From the NCBI GenBank assembly GCA_026770705.1, contig JANJGN010000210.1, forward strand, positions 124,001 to 188,000: a stretch of 64,000 bases of DNA, read 5' to 3'. Below the pieces are notes generated by a model. That model was not told the origin of the DNA, did not search any database, and saw only the letters and a list, made by a program, of their open reading frames with translations. Within the stretch, counting starts at the first letter, position 1; every line of letters starts with the position of its first letter. A program made the position numbers and the translations under genes. Below, piece by piece: positions 27,455 through 42,207 of this stretch. This DNA comes from Isurus oxyrinchus (lineage: Eukaryota).

Positions 27455-28120
27455 ATACGAACACACGAGCATATGAACAAGGAGCATGAGTAGGCCATTC
27501 AGCCCCTTGAGCTTGCTCCACCATTTAATAATATCATGGCTGATCTGATAGTAACATGAAATCTGCATCCTGTCGACCCCCGATAACTTATCACCCCCTT
27601 GCTTAGCAAGAATCTATCCACCTCTGCCTCAAGGCTCTGCTTCCACTGCCTTTTTAGGGAGCGAGTCCCAAAGACTCATGACCCTGAGAGTAAAAATATT
27701 TGCCTCATCTCTGTTTTACATGGCCGACACCTTATTTTTAAACAATGACCCCTAGTTCCAGATTCTCCCATAAGAGGAAACACCCTCTCCACATCCACCC
27801 TGTCAAGACCCCTCAGGATCTTATATATTTCAGTCAAGTCACCTCTTACTCTTCTAAACTCCAGAAGATATAAGCCTAGTCTGTCCAACCATTCCTCAGT
27901 AGGCAACCCACCCATTCCAAGTGTTAATCTAATTAACCTTCTCTGAACATCTTGCAACACATTTACATCCTTCCTTAAATAAGGTGACCAATACAGTGCA
28001 CAGTACATGAAACATGATCTCACTGGTGCCCGGTATAACTGAAACATAACTTCCATATGTTTGTATTCAATTCCCCTCGCAATAACTTATAACATTCTAT
28101 TAGTTTTCCCAATTACTTAC
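27455..28120 (-). mobile_element. CR1-like LINE 3' end
   Basis: ORF YCALYWSPYLRKDVNVLQDVQRR...RRVRGDLTEIYKIL. Confidence 0.85.
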
Positions 28121-28389
28121 CATTTCTCCTTTTATCTTTCTTTCAGCATTGTATCTGTGTATATAATGCTATCTGCAGTTTAACTTATTAATGCACTGGA
28201 CCATGCCTCGATATACACTACAATTGACTTTTCTCAGTTATTACTGCACTAGACTATGTCTCTATCTCTATTACATTATATGATGCTTCGTTTATTAATG
28301 CACATAACCGTGCCTCTATATATACTGCAAGTGACAATTCCTGAGCTGTTGTTGCATTGCACAAAGTCTCCGTTTGTATTTTATTAGGA

Positions 28390-29560
28390 TTTATCTGACA
28401 ACCAAATTATGGGAAAAGTTATAGCTCATGGAATAAAAGGGACAGAAGAAATGTGGATACAAAATAAGCTGAAAAAAAGGAAGCAGGGAGTAATGGTCAA
28501 TGAATGTTTTTCGGGCTGGAGGAAGGTTTGTAGTGCAGTTCCCCAGGGGTCGGTATTGGGACCCTTGCTTTTCCTGATATATATTAACCATCTAGGCCTT
28601 GGTGTGCAGGGGACAGTTTGAAAGTTTGCGGATGATGCGAAGCTTGGAAGTGTTGCAAACTGCCAGGGGAATGGTGTGGAACTTCAAGAGGACACAGATA
28701 AGTTGGTGGAGTGGGCAGATAGGTGGCAGATGAAATTCAATGTGGAGAAGTGTGAGGTGATGCATTTTGGTAAGAGGAACATGGACAGACAAAACAAATA
28801 AGGGGTGGAGTTTTGAAAGGAGTGCAGGAGCAGAAAGACTTGGGTGTAGATATGCATAGATCATTGAAAGTGGCAGGACAGGTGGAGAGAGCAGTTAATA
28901 AAGCATATAGTATCCTGCGCTCTATTAATAGGGGCATCGAGTACACGAGCAGGGAGGTAATGCTGAATTTATGTAAGGCCCTCGTTAGACCTCAGCTGGA
29001 ATATTGTGTACCGCCCTTTGTACCATATTATAGGAAGGATGGAAATATATTGGAGAGAGTGCTGAAGAGGTTTAATTGAATGTTCCCAGGGATGAGAAAC
29101 TTCAGTTATGAGGGGAGACTGGAGAAGTTGGGATTGTGTTCCTTGGAGAGGAGAAGGCTGAGAGGAGATTTGATTGAAGTTTTCAAAATCATGAGTGAGC
29201 TGGATAGAGTAGAGTGGAAGAAACTGTTCCCATTCATAGAAGGATAAAGAATGAGAGGGCACAGGTTTAAAGTGATTTGCAAAAGAAACAAATGTGACGT
29301 GAGAAATTACTTTTTCACACAACGAGTGGTTCGGCCTGGAATACACTGCCTGGAAGTATGAGGAAGGCAGGCTCAACTGAGTCATTCAAGAGGCAATTAA
29401 ATGATTATTTGAATAGAAACAAAATGCAAGGGTGGGGGGAAAAGCCAGGGCAATTGCACTAGGTCAGAATGCCCATTTGGAGAGCCGATGCAGACAAGTT
29501 GGGCCGAATAGCCTCCTTCTGTACCATTAAAGTTCTGTGATTCTATGATTCTGTGATTTT
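28390..29560 (+). mobile_element. CR1-like LINE 3' end
   Basis: VPQGSVLGPLLFLIYIN, KFADD and EQKDLGV motifs; (TTCTATGA/TTCTGTGA) tail. Confidence 0.9.
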
Positions 29561-30163
29561 ACTGTTTTAGGCTGCTTCATTCATCACTATACTCTTCTAA
29601 GTCTCACCTTATATTATAAAGCTCCAATCCCATTTATTAATACACGAGACCAAGTCTCAGTTATTATTGCACGATAAAAGGTCTCTACTAACTGGATAGA
29701 GCTGGAGAGAGAGCCAGGTGGACAGGTGGGTATTAATTTTTAAAATGTTATAATATCCTGTAGGTAATAATGTGTTGGAAGAATACATTTAGTCTTGTTA
29801 ATAACTATTAGGCGTTGTGTGCAATTTCTAGTTGCTCTAGTGTGATGTGTGTAATGTTTGTGTTGAAAGTTTGTGGTGAATCTTGTAACATTCCCTTCAT
29901 CAATGAGATTGAGGAATAGAAATAAAGATGAACCACATTGCACTGCACATTGCACAACTTAGTCACAAACTGCATTGTGTTGGAGATGACTGATTCATAC
30001 TTGACTTTATCTATGACAATTGCTCACAGGTTTCTTTAATTTCCAGATATTTTTCCCTCTTTCAACCGAAATTTCTGTTCGCTTTTGGCGTGGTCACTGA
30101 TTGTGACAGACAGGGTCTGAAGCCGCATCCTCAGGCGAATGGGCGGCCGCAGGCTCCTAATAA

Positions 30164-30302
30164 NNNNNNNNNNNNNNNNNNNNNNNNNNNNNNNNNNNNN
30201 NNNNNNNNNNNNNNNNNNNNNNNNNNNNNNNNNNNNNNNNNNNNNNNNNNNNNNNNNNNNNNNNNNNNNNNNNNNNNNNNNNNNNNNNNNNNNNNNNNNN
30301 NN
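30164..30302. other. Assembly gap (N run) next to a (GT)n microsatellite
   Basis: Run of N; GT-rich repeat at 30303-30420. Confidence 0.99.
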
Positions 30303-33300
30303 CGTATGTGTGTGTTTGTGTGCTACTGTTTGTGTGTCTGCGTGGCTGAGTGTGTGCTTGTGCCTGTGCGTGTGTGTGGCTGTTTGGCTGTGTGTATGAA
30401 TGTGTGCAGCTATATGTGTGGTGCGGGTACGTCTAGAACATATCATGCTTCATTGCTTTCAAAAGACATTATAATTATTTTTCAACACGTTACGATAGTT
30501 TATTGAGAATATATCTATAGGCTGCCTATGCTGCTGTTAATATTTATCGGTAATGCATTGTCTTGAGTGCTCCAGAAAGTAATGTCAAGCTGGCTATTCC
30601 GTTGTCAAGGAAAATACATCTTTAAAATGACTCACTGAACTTTTTCCCTCTCTTCCTCTCTCTCAGACTATACCTAAATCAATTAACCTCTCTTCTCTCT
30701 CTCAGACTTCACTTCACTCACTTACACAGACTCACAAGGGCTGGATCTGGCAGCTTCGAGGCACCAATGTTTAAATCTTTTGCTTAAGGCACATTATCAT
30801 TGAAAAAATTAAGCGCCAAAATCTCATCAGTGGAAAATTCAGTGCCATAAAGACACCAGCTCATTCACTTAACTTCTCTCCTCTCTTTCTCTCAGGCAGC
30901 ACCAAGCCCTCTTAAAATTTTCCATTTTAGAATAACCCCCTGTGAGCGGTTTTATAGTTTTAATTTCCCCTCTTTTCTCCCAGTGATAACATTCAGTCAA
31001 TCTCGCCTTCAGTTAATATGTTATAACCAAAATAACTTCGTTTATTTAATCATTTAAATCTGGAATGGAGTTGAATGTTATGCTGAGATCGGCAGCAATC
31101 TGTGTGGTTGTTCTTGATGCTGTCAGAGTGAGTTTAACCTCACAGGCAAGAAGACTGTCCATGGTGATAACATGAAACTGACGCCTGCTGTTTCATTCTC
31201 AGATAACACAACTTCCTGTTTCTCTGCTGCCGGTTCCAAACCGCACATCTCACTTCTGAGCAGAAAATAAATCCAGGGGCCACAATCTGGTGAGAACATC
31301 TGTCAAGGTGGCCTATTTCTGGCCACAGAGTCAGGGCAGAATCACACAGATCACATTGCAGTGACATTTACAAATGAGACCGTGTGATCCGTTTCGAGCT
31401 TCCATTTCCATGACATCGCTGGATGGTCAGTCACTGAGCTCCCTCGAGTCCCTGAAGCGGGGAAATGAGATCTTGATACCTTTGATTTGTCGCTGTTATG
31501 CTCCACCACCCGCCCCCACTCTAACTCCCCCTCCACAACCCACAACCCCCCCTCTCCCCCACCCGCCACGCACACACACTCCCTACACATACACTTTCCC
31601 TCGAAACTTGTTTCCTCTGTTTCTCTGCAACATTCCGTCTCCCTTTTTCATTTTAAGTTTCCTTCCCTTAGTTTTATTTCTATCTCTTTCTCTGTGTATC
31701 TCTCTCCACCTCCCTGTGTGTCGATTAATTAGAAGCGTTCAAAATCATGAAAGGTTTGTTGGTATGAATGAAGAGAGACTAGTTCAATTGGCAGGAGGGT
31801 CGGTAACCAGGGGACGCAAATTTACTTTGTTGAACAGGAAGACAGGAGGATAATTGTTTATTTTTTTAACACGGCGAGTTGTTCTGAACTGGAATGCACA
31901 GCTTGGAAGGGTGATGGCACCAGACTAATAATAACTTTGTAAAATGAATTCTATAAATAATTAAAGGCGTTAACAATTGAAGGATTACAGGGAATGGGGC
32001 CAATTGAAATGCTCATCTATATCACTGTCCCAGCACCTTTCCTGTATCTACCTCGGTCCCTCATTGAGCCCAAATAAAATGCAGTAATTTTACATCTTTC
32101 GTCTTCTGCTAAACCTGTCTTTTGACAGCGCTTGAGTGCGTGTGAGTCGATAATTGCCAAGAATCATTCAGAAGTTCACTACTATTTACAAACCACTTCT
32201 TTGAACAAAATAATAACACTGAGTAGTGCTTGTTTAGTAGAAAGCACGATTATCTTTAACATTTTAGGCTCTGATTCTTCCTCTGGTGAGGTTTTGGTGT
32301 TTAATCCTTTCAGTCATCATGTGCCTCACGCTGAAGATTTAAACATTGGCGTGTTTGGCCCTTGCGTGTCTGTTTAAATGGAGAACTGTTGGTAAGAATG
32401 AGAGGGAACAGATTATTTTCTGTTCCTCTGACAGATGCAGCATTGATACTTCAGATATCAGAAATCTCTGGAGTCCGCCTTAATGGTCCTCCCCTTGGGT
32501 AGAACATCTTTTAGTCAGGTGGAGTCAGTCACCCGGGCCTCTGTCATGATGTTTCCGCTCCGTTTTTACCGCACAAATCCCTGGGTCACTCATCATAACA
32601 CAGAAGCCTGCGCTAAGGCCCTAAACATCATTGCTTCCTCACACTTTCACACCCTAATACAGTCAGATGTTTATGAGATCCCCTGCCTCTCTTCATGTTA
32701 GATTACCAGCAGCCTTTGTTACTGACACACTGGAGCCGGCCTCTGTGATTATTATTGGACCAGGCCCCAGTCTGGCCCGGACCCGGCAGTCAGAACTCCC
32801 TTTGCAAATGCAAGGAGTCAGAGGTTGTTTGTTTTTTTTTGGAGAGGGCGCGAAGGTCAAAGCAGCAACCCGTCCTTTGCTGGATAGAGGAACTGTCCAG
32901 AGTTTCTCTGTCTTTAATTCCTCCTCCTGAGTGTAAGGAAATAATGGATAAAAGAACTGAAAGGCTGACATATAAACTATCACTGTGAGCACTGGCCTTT
33001 ATTAAGTGGTCAACTCTCTGGATTGAGGCTTCAACCCACAACCGTTTGACCCATGGGTAAAAGTGATGCTAATTCGTCAATTCTGACATAATGTCAGTTC
33101 CCATTGCATTAGTACAACGGCGACATATGGCAGATGCTAGAAATCTAATATAAAAACCGAATGTGCTGGAAATCCTCAACAGGTCAGACAGCAGGTGTCG
33201 AGCCTGTTTGTTTTCCAGATCGTCATATATTTTGCAGCCTTGGGGAAAGGGTGGAGAGGCGGGAGGATTTTGGACGTTGATTGCAAACCGGCGTTCTGTC

Positions 33301-33549
33301 ACACCAACACTTTTCCCGTGGTCAACGGAGCTGGGCGTGGAATCTAAACATAGATCTTACAGCTCAAAAGCAGGAGGACCGCCAACTGTACCACTCGGGA
33401 GTGCAGTGGCTGTGGAGAGAAGTGGAGTTAAAGTTTCTAATCGATGACTCCGGTTCTGCTGAAGGGTCATCGCCATGAAACGTTCAATCTGTTTATCGCC
33501 ACAGATTCTGTCTGACCTGCTGAGTGATTCCAGAATGTTATGTTGCATT

Positions 33550-34630
33550 TGCTATTACACTAGACTTTGTCACTGTTATTGCACCAACTCCATCCCATTC
33601 ATATTTCAGTCGTGCTTGACTCTGTTATTAGGCATTAGGCAAAAGATTTGCTATTGTATCAACTGGCGCTGTCTCATACAAACTATTATATCAGGCCCAA
33701 CTTCGATTTGGGTGGATCAGGTGCTGACTGTATCATTATCACACTGGATCCAGTGATGTATTCAGTGATTCACTGCTATCCTCTGTTATCATCAAACATT
33801 GCACTAATTACACAGCTTTACCGCTTTTAATCTGTTCTCTATATCCAATCTCATTGTATAAAACGCTGTCTCTGTAATGGTTGCCCGAAGAGCCTAAATG
33901 TCATTCAATTCTAATGCAAACCTCTCTCATTATTTCTGAAATCAGTTTTCAATAGTAACCTGATTCTGATATTGTTAACGTTGACCCTGTTTCTGCTAGT
34001 GTTTCGCCATGACCTCTTTCAGTTGTTATTTTATACAAAGTATTTTTGTTATTATGATCACACAAATATCGGTTCATTCGGTGTTATACCAAGTCCTCCC
34101 TCTCTCTTATTCCTGAACTAGCCAATTTCTCTCTTTCTTTGACTCCTTGTGTCAATTTGTGTTATCACCGCACTAGCACATGCCTCTGCCTGTACTACAC
34201 TAGGTATTGTGCCTGTTATTACTTACACTAGCCGATACCTATGTTTATATTACACCAGGTCCTGTCTCTGATATTACTGCACGGGCCCATATTCCTGGTT
34301 ATACAACACCAGGCTTTGTCTCTTTTATTACTTCATTAGCCGATATCTCCTTTTATATTAAACCAGATACTGTCTCTGTTATTAATGCAGTAGTCCATAT
34401 CTCTGCTTATGTTACACCAGGTCCGGTGTCTGATATTACTGCACGAGCCCATATCCTTGGTTATATAACACCAGGTCTTGTCTCTGTTATTAATTCATTA
34501 GTCGATATCTCCTTTTATGTTAAACCAGATACTGCCTCTGTTATTAATGCAGTAACCCATATCTCTGCTTATGTTACATCAAGTTCGGTCTCTTTATATA
34601 CTCGACTAGGCCCTGGTTTATTTTCGTTAA
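33550..34630 (+). repeat. Degenerate 27-bp satellite family patch
   Basis: CCTGTCTCTGATATTACTGCAC/TTTATATTACACCAG units; source of ORF 34207-34641. Confidence 0.7.
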
Positions 34631-35829
34631 GATTACATTGAATATGCAACCTGCAGTTAAACTAATCTGTCCAAACATGATTCGAGTGGTTGTGGTGGAA
34701 TTTGTGAAGAAAGCAGTTAAAAAAGTGGAAACAGAAATTCTGAGAGTCTCTGGAGAGCAGCAGGAGTTTCATTCCTTCCCATCAACAGGAAAAATAAACT
34801 GGAGAATTACAGGTGTATTAGTCTCATGTCAGGTGTTGGTAAAGTTTGATTTTTGCTATCACTTGCACAAATCATCACACATTCGAGATTATCAGGAGCT
34901 TCTGAGAGATATTGAGGTGATCATTTGTTAATAAACTGCTGGTTCTTCTGGATGTGATTTACTCCGTTTTCCAACTGATCAGCGGAGACAGATAAAGCAC
35001 CTCAGAAACGAAATTGTTAGTCTGAGATCACTTTATAAACAAATGCACACAGCAGACTGGTTATCACTAAATACTTACAGTATTAAACAATCTACAATTT
35101 AACTAAATGCATAGTTTTGGATTTGAACACAATCACTGAAGACAGGAGTCGACTGAAAGTTGTCACTGGGAGAAAGGAAGAGAAATTGTGAAAAAAAAAT
35201 TCTCCAAAGAGTGTTATTAGATATCAGGAGATTCAAAATGAATAAGGGACGGTCTCAGAGAGAGAGAGAGAGAGAGCGGGGGTGTGGGGGGCGGGAGTTA
35301 GATGGTGGGTGGAGAGAGAGCGTGAAAGAGAGAGAAAGGAAGGTTGAGCGAGAGAGAGAGAGAGAAAAGGTTCAGTGAGTTAGAAGCTGCCTCAGACAGA
35401 GAAACAAAGGACATTCAATGAGTTTGGTGATAAACATGCTCGTCTTAGTGATGGAAGTGTTAGTATGACATCACTTTCTAAGCAAAAGTAAACAACGAAA
35501 CATGCTATCAATAAATATTTACAGCACTAAATAATCCGCAGTGACAGTTTGAGTAAAAGAAAATTAAATATTGAAACATTCGGGTAAAGATCATCATTTA
35601 TCTTTGAGAAACGGCGGTATAAGCAAGAAGTATGATTTTTTTCTATACGGCACACATAACTGACCATATCTGATCCATCATTTCTTTGACTAAAACTAAA
35701 TGAAAATAACTATCAGGTGCTGCAAAGAACGGGTCATCCAATACCGCCCGTTTTAGGCCAACGCCAGGGAACAATTCCCACCTCAACATCTTTGTGTATA
35801 ATATTATCTCTCCAACTCACAGTTGCAGG

Positions 35830-37470
35830 AATCACAGAGACATGGCCAAGCGTAGAAATAACCGAGGCAGGGTTAGCGCACTAACACTGGGTCAATTGAT
35901 ATTAATCCTCTCTCGGGGCTAGAACAGTAATGATTGATTCGGCACATGGATTAATAACACCCTCGACAGGGTCTGGTGCTATAATAACTCAGATTGCCTA
36001 TAGTGTAAGATAAACAAAAACATGATCTAGTGGAATAAAAACAGGGACAGGGAAAGTGTAATAAAAAGAGATGTCTGGATTAGTGCAGCAGCTACTAAGA
36101 CAGGGTTTAGCGTTGTATATACAGACGCTGGGCCCAGAGAAGTAATAACTGAGACTTTTCCGCATGCAATACAACCAGAGCCACGGGCGAATTCAGAAGC
36201 AGCTGAGGCGAGGCCGAGCACTGAAATAACTGAGGCAGGAACTGGTGTAATATTATCATGGACATACTCTATTTCAATATAAACAAAGTCAGGGTCTGGT
36301 GCAGTAATGCTGAGACAGGGCTGAGTGCACCAATTATTGATACAGCATCCACAGTAATACAAACGAAGGCTGGGCCTAGTATCAGCAATTATTGAGCCAG
36401 CATCTAGTGCAGTGATAACAGACTTGGCCTTGTGTAGTATAAACAGAGACATGTCCTACACAGAAATAACATTGACAGGGCCTATTTTAATATAAACAGA
36501 GGAAATGTCTAGTGTAATATTAACTGAGACAGGGTCTAGTGTAATATAAACTGAGAGAGGGTCTATTGTAATGTAAACACAGATGTGCTCTGGTGTAATA
36601 TAAACCGAGACGGGCTCCAGTATAATATTATCTGAGACGGGGTCTAATGTAATATAAACTGAGACAGGGTCGAGTGTTATATAAACTGAGATAGGGTCTA
36701 ACAGAATATGAGCAAAAAGGTGATCTAGTGTAATATAAACAGAGGCATGATGTAGTGGAGTAAAATGTGAGGCAGTGCCGAGTGCAGTAATAATTGAGAC
36801 AGTGTCTTGTGTAATATGAACACCGACATGGTCTAGTTCAGTAATGACTGGGGCAGGATCTAGTGAAAGGAAATTGACACGGGGTCTGTTGCAGTTTCAT
36901 CTGATATAGGACCTTGTCTAATATAAACTGAGGCAGCGCCCAGTGCAATAACTGCCAACATAGGACCTGGATTAATATAAACAGAGATGTGGGCAAGTGC
37001 AGCAATAAGAAAGAGGCACGGTATTATACAATAATAACAATGACAGGGCATCGTCTGATATAAACAGAGACATAGACTGGTGCAGTGTTCGCCAAGACAT
37101 CCCCTAGTTTAGTATAAACATGGCAAAGTCTAGTAGTGCAATAACTGAGACAGAGCCTCGTGTCATGTAAACAGGAACATATTCTGGTTTCATATAAGTA
37201 GAGAGAAATACCAGTGCAGTAACAACTGAGACATGGACTACTGTCATATTAGCCAAGATATGGTTTAGTGCAGTGATAACTGAGAGAATGTATAGTGTAA
37301 CATGGTCTTTGTCATGTATATTGACTGAGATTGACCTATTATAGAAACAACAGAGACACAACCTGTTGTAATATGATCAGAGACATCACTGAGTGTAATA
37401 TATACAGTCAAAGGTCAAGTTTAATATGAACAGGGAAAGGGTTCAGTGCAGAAATGATTGAGACAGTGCT
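35830..37470 (-). repeat. Degenerate 27-bp satellite family, inverted
   Basis: AATATAAACTGAGACAGGGTCTAGTG units. Confidence 0.8.
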
Positions 37471-37579
37471 TGTTTCATATAATGTCAGTATTCACTGTTT
37501 CCCTGCCATCTACTGGACGGACCCTACTATTGCAGATGTTGTGAAAATGTCGATTTTCGTTGCTGCTTCCGACATTAAT

Positions 37580-38840
37580 GACAGAATCATAGAATTCTTA
37601 CAGCGCAGGAGGATGCCATTCGGCCACTCCTGTCCGTGCTAACCTTCTGAAGGAGTAATTGACCTTGGGCCACAGCTTTCCCTGCAGTCCAGTATCTTTT
37701 TTCTTTTCAGATAAGGATCCAGTTTCGTTTTGAAAGCATCAATTGTCCCTCAATCCACCACACTGTCAGGCAATGCATTCCAGATCCTAACCACTCACTG
37801 CGTGAAATGTTTTTCCTCTTGTCTCTATTGCTTCTTCTCCAGATTACTTTAAATCTGAGCCGTCTGGTTCTCAATCCTTCCATCAATGGGAACAATTTCT
37901 CCCTATCTACTCTGCCCCGGCCCTTCATGATTTTTAATACCTGTATCAAATCTCCTCTAAACTTTTTCTCCTAAAACGAGATTAAAGCCAACTGCTCCAC
38001 TCTTCATACATAACCGGAGTTTGTCACCCTTGAAACAATTTCCATGAAGCTTTCCTTTGCCTTTTCTCATGCCTTCAAATTCTTCCAAAAATGTAGTGCC
38101 CGCAATAAGATGCAATTCTCCAGTTGAGGCCTAACCAGTGTGCCACACACGTTTAACATGACCTCTTTGCTTGTATACGCTTTTCCTCTGTTAATAAAGC
38201 TCAGGATGTTGCATGATTTATTAATCGCGCTCTTTCAACTTGTCCTGCCACCTTCAATGATTTATACACATTAACACCCAGGTCACTCGGCTCCTGCAGC
38301 CCCTTTGGAATCACACCCTTTCCTTTATACTGTCTATCTGCGTTCTTCCCACCAAAATTTCATCTGTCACTTGTCCGCCCTTTCCCCCAACCTCTCGATG
38401 TCTTTTTGAAGTTCTACACTATCCTCCTCATGGCCCACAATGCTTCCACATTTCACATCGTCCAGATATTTTGACATTGTGCTCTGTACACCAAGGCCCA
38501 GTTTATGAATAAATGTGATGAAAAGTAGGCGTTGTAACACTGACCCTTGGGGAACTTCATTATAACCCTTCCCCGAGTCTGAAAAACAAACGTTCAAAAC
38601 TACTCTTTGTTTCCTGGCACTCAGCCAGTTCCCAATCCATGATGTTACTGTCCATTTTATTCCAGTGAGCTCCAACTTTGCTCACAGGTCTGTTGTGCGG
38701 CATTTTATCAAATGTCTTTTAGAAACCATGTAAACCACGTCAAAAGCATTACCCTCATCAACCATCGCTGCTATGTCAACAAAAAACTCAAGCAAGTTAG
38801 TTAAATATGATTTTCCCTTAACAGATCCATGCTGGCTTAT
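37580..38840 (-). mobile_element. CR1-like LINE fragment
   Basis: WIGNWLSARKQRVVLN...VPQGSVL motif, plus CR1 3' UTR/tail near 37582-37600. Confidence 0.85.
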
Positions 38841-40169
38841 TGTATCAAGAAACCACTACTACTGATGTATCGGCTCATTACATCCTGAGCGAACTCCCAA
38901 TGCTTATGGTGCAACTGTGGCAGATTAACATGGCTGATTTGCGCACTTTAAGGTCACAAGAAGAGCAAAGTGTCTCAATTCCTATTGATTAATTCTTGAT
39001 GATCTTGTTTCAGCCGAAGAATGTGGACCAAGGCGCACATTGTGGGAATGATGGGAGCTTTAATGACCAACTCAACCGGTGTGAAGTGGGGAGAGATTTT
39101 TTCTTCATGGAACCACCTGAAATGTGGTGGCGGTGATTTTCTCCGATTCTTCAGGTGCTACAGAACCTCCGACGGAGGAAAGATGGGATCTTAAGCTGAA
39201 ATATGTGTGTGTGTGAGTGCGCGCATCAGATTTACTGACAAGTGAAGTCCACCAAAACAAATAAATATTGTTACCTATTATGTTCAAGATTTTATTTTAT
39301 TGAAAATGTATTTGCTGTTCTTTTAATGTTGTTAACATTGATTGAGAAGGCATTGAGAATTCCCTCACCATGGAATACCTTTGTTCCTAGAATTCTGTTG
39401 GAAAATGGACTAAATTATTCCAAGGATGGTGAGCATATACCCACCAGTCTCTGCGTTTCAGTATTACGTGCTTCGCTCAGCATTAAATAGAAGCTCCTGA
39501 CGTAAATGTTGAGGGTGTGATAAGTTGTGCAAGTGACACTACCTGTATCTGACCTAAATTTACTCAGTTTTAAAATCCAGATTTATTATTTCCCTTGCTT
39601 GGAAAGGAATGAAACACTTGCTGCTCTCCAGCAAGTTTTACACTATTCCTGTTATCACATTATTCCTTCTTACCCTGTTACATTCATCATTTCCGCCCCA
39701 ATGTCTTCCAAACCCTCGGGTATGATTTAGTGAAATAATAGTTAAAAAACGGCTTTATATAAAATAAAAGGCCCCATGCCCCAGAGCAATATAAGTGGGA
39801 CAACTGGACAGAGACTGATCCATTATCAACGAAGGCACGATCTCCAATGGGCATAAATTGCTGGGCTATGGGGAAACAGCATGGGTAGTGGAGTGGGTGG
39901 TGGGGAGTGGTGGGTGGGGGGGTGGGGGGCGGCGGGGAGACTGGGAGGCGGCTGCTGGATGGGTGGGGGGGGGGGGTGGTGAGACTGCATGAGGTAAATT
40001 CGATAGTTTTTTTTAAATGCTGGTACAATCCTGAGGAGCTGAATGACCTCCTTCCCAGCCGGGGGCACGGGTTCATTCTAGAAGTCTATGAATAATTGGC
40101 TCAATGCAACACTTTTCATTTTGCATCTATAGTTCATAAAAAGGAAAAGGGAAAAAAAGGATATATATA

Positions 40170-40500
40170 TTATAGCACTTTTCACGATCACCAAAAGTCT
40201 CTGAGTGTTTTACAACCAAAAATGCACTAATGATGTGTATTGACAGTTGTAATGTAGGAAACACCACAGCCTGTTTGAACACAGCAAGCTCCCACAAACC
40301 GCAATATGATAATGACCAGGTAATCTGCGCCTTTGCATATTTTAAAATGTTTATTGACTGATAAATGCTAAGGCACCCGGGATAACTCCCCTGCACTTCC
40401 AGATGGAATAGTACCGTGGAATCTTTCACATCGACCTGAGCTGGCAGACGGCCCCAGTTTAATGTCAGAGGAGAAAGTGCTGCCAACTGAGCCACAGCTG
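40170..40500 (-). mobile_element. Deu-domain-like SINE remnant
   Basis: TTGTAATGTAGGAAACACCACAGCC...ACAGCAAGCTCCCACAAAC block. Confidence 0.5.
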
Positions 40501-41084
40501 ACAACCAAAGTCCTTTGTGAATGAATATGACATAAAAAAAATAAATCCAGGCATCCAATGGCTCAACTTTATACATAAGTACATAGTTAAATCAGACTGA
40601 ACCTGGCCCCAGCGGTACCACAAACCCTATCATAGAGTTCCGCTGATAGGACAGGCACTGACTGTGGGTGTGATCTTGAACCTGACAACAGAACAGCTCC
40701 CTCACTGTGTGAGTTGTACTCTAAGATCCAACCAGTTTGTAGGTCAGCCAGAACTTCACAGTAATTCAAATGGACCAATTAGCTCATTTCCCTAAACAAA
40801 AGGATATTCACTGGGCCTTGAATCGTTTCAGAATTGGTGACCATTAATAGATTGTGAAACACCAATCGATTAGGTGTGGTGAAAGGGTTGAGGATTATTG
40901 ATACAGCGAGAAACATCATTCAGTTGCAAATCATTGATTGTATGGGAAGGTTGAAGGTTTGAACGATGAATAGATCAAACCATTAATGGATTGAGGCACA
41001 GCTGATGTTTATTAAACACGATTATTGGCAAAAATACCAAGAAATATAAATTGTTTTGCAATATGACAGCCTGGGAACACCTAT

Positions 41085-42207
41085 TGTTACGAAAATATAA
41101 TAATTTCATAATATTTTTCTGGATTATAGGAAAATAGGTTTATGGGAGTGAGTATATTTGATTCTGTTTATGTGATTAAAATACATTTGGAGTCAGATAG
41201 ACTGCAAGCTTGGAATTATCAAAAGAAGCTAGGTGTAGAAATGTGTTTGAAATGTTAACGAATAAACATGGGTGCTGGCTTAGCATGCAAGGAAGGAAGG
41301 GAGTTGCCTTTTTACATAAATGAAGGGAATGTATGGATTTTAAGTTCACAAGTAGCCAGCTAAGCAAGGCTAAGGAGTGTGTTTATTTTTCCCAAAGGTT
41401 ACTGATAATATTGGAACATGAATTTTTCTTTATTATGAGAAAGGTACCGCTCCAAAGTCATATGGAACACGAGAATTTACATATTAAAGAGAGATAAAGT
41501 TACATAAAAGAGAATGAAAGGCTATGTGAGGCAAGGGCCATGAAGGATCTAACAGGAGTGTGTGAAACAGCCTTCAAGAAACCTCTAGCCTTTTGTGCAT
41601 AAGCCGGCTCTGTCCAGTAACTGAAGTTGGAGCAAACCATTTGCAATTCCATTGCCAAGTGAGTACTGGGTTAACTTGCTGGTTTTCTTCGAAATCTAAA
41701 ATCACACTACCTGGGAGGGTGGTGGAGGCGGGTTGCCTCACAGCCTTTAAAAAGTACCTGGATGAGCACTTGCCACGTCATAACATTCAAAGCTAAGGGC
41801 CAGGTGCTGGTAAATGGGATTAGGTAGGTAGGTCAGGTGTTTCTCATGTGTCGGTGCAGACTCGATGAGCTGAAGGCCCTCTTCTGCACTGTGTGATTCT
41901 GAGATTCTGTGATTCTATGATTTTGGACTGCTGCCTTAAAGAGGGTGTGTAACTGAAGGTCAGGTTAATTCAGAATTTTAGGATTTGCTACAGAATTATG
42001 TATGTTTTTGAAATCTTTTATTTTGTCAATATATATTTTAATTTAATTTTGAAAATCTCTAAATGTCTTAGTGGAGTCGTCACCTGTGAAGGCAGTTCAC
42101 TCATCTTCTCAAAATAATTATAAATTGAAAACCTTTGTGATGGCGTGACCACATTTCCCTTGTGGATTTGGTCCGCCTGGCCACATATCATCAGCTACGC
42201 CATAACA
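41085..42207. mobile_element. Possible solo LTR containing a CR1 3' fragment (~41700-41920)
   Basis: Ends TGTTACG...CATAACA (TG..CA with short inverted repeat); no clean TSD. Inner fragment matches the tail of the CR1 at 14170. Confidence 0.4.

Noticed and set aside
30630-30900. Three pyrimidine-tract + CAG acceptor-like motifs
   Set aside because: No recognisable exons follow; probably low-complexity repeats.
32480-32992. Overlapping ORFs and a minus-strand acceptor-like site
   Set aside because: No domain or motif recognised in the frames examined.
39885-39980. G-rich tract with G-quadruplex potential
   Set aside because: Low-complexity sequence with no link to a gene segment.
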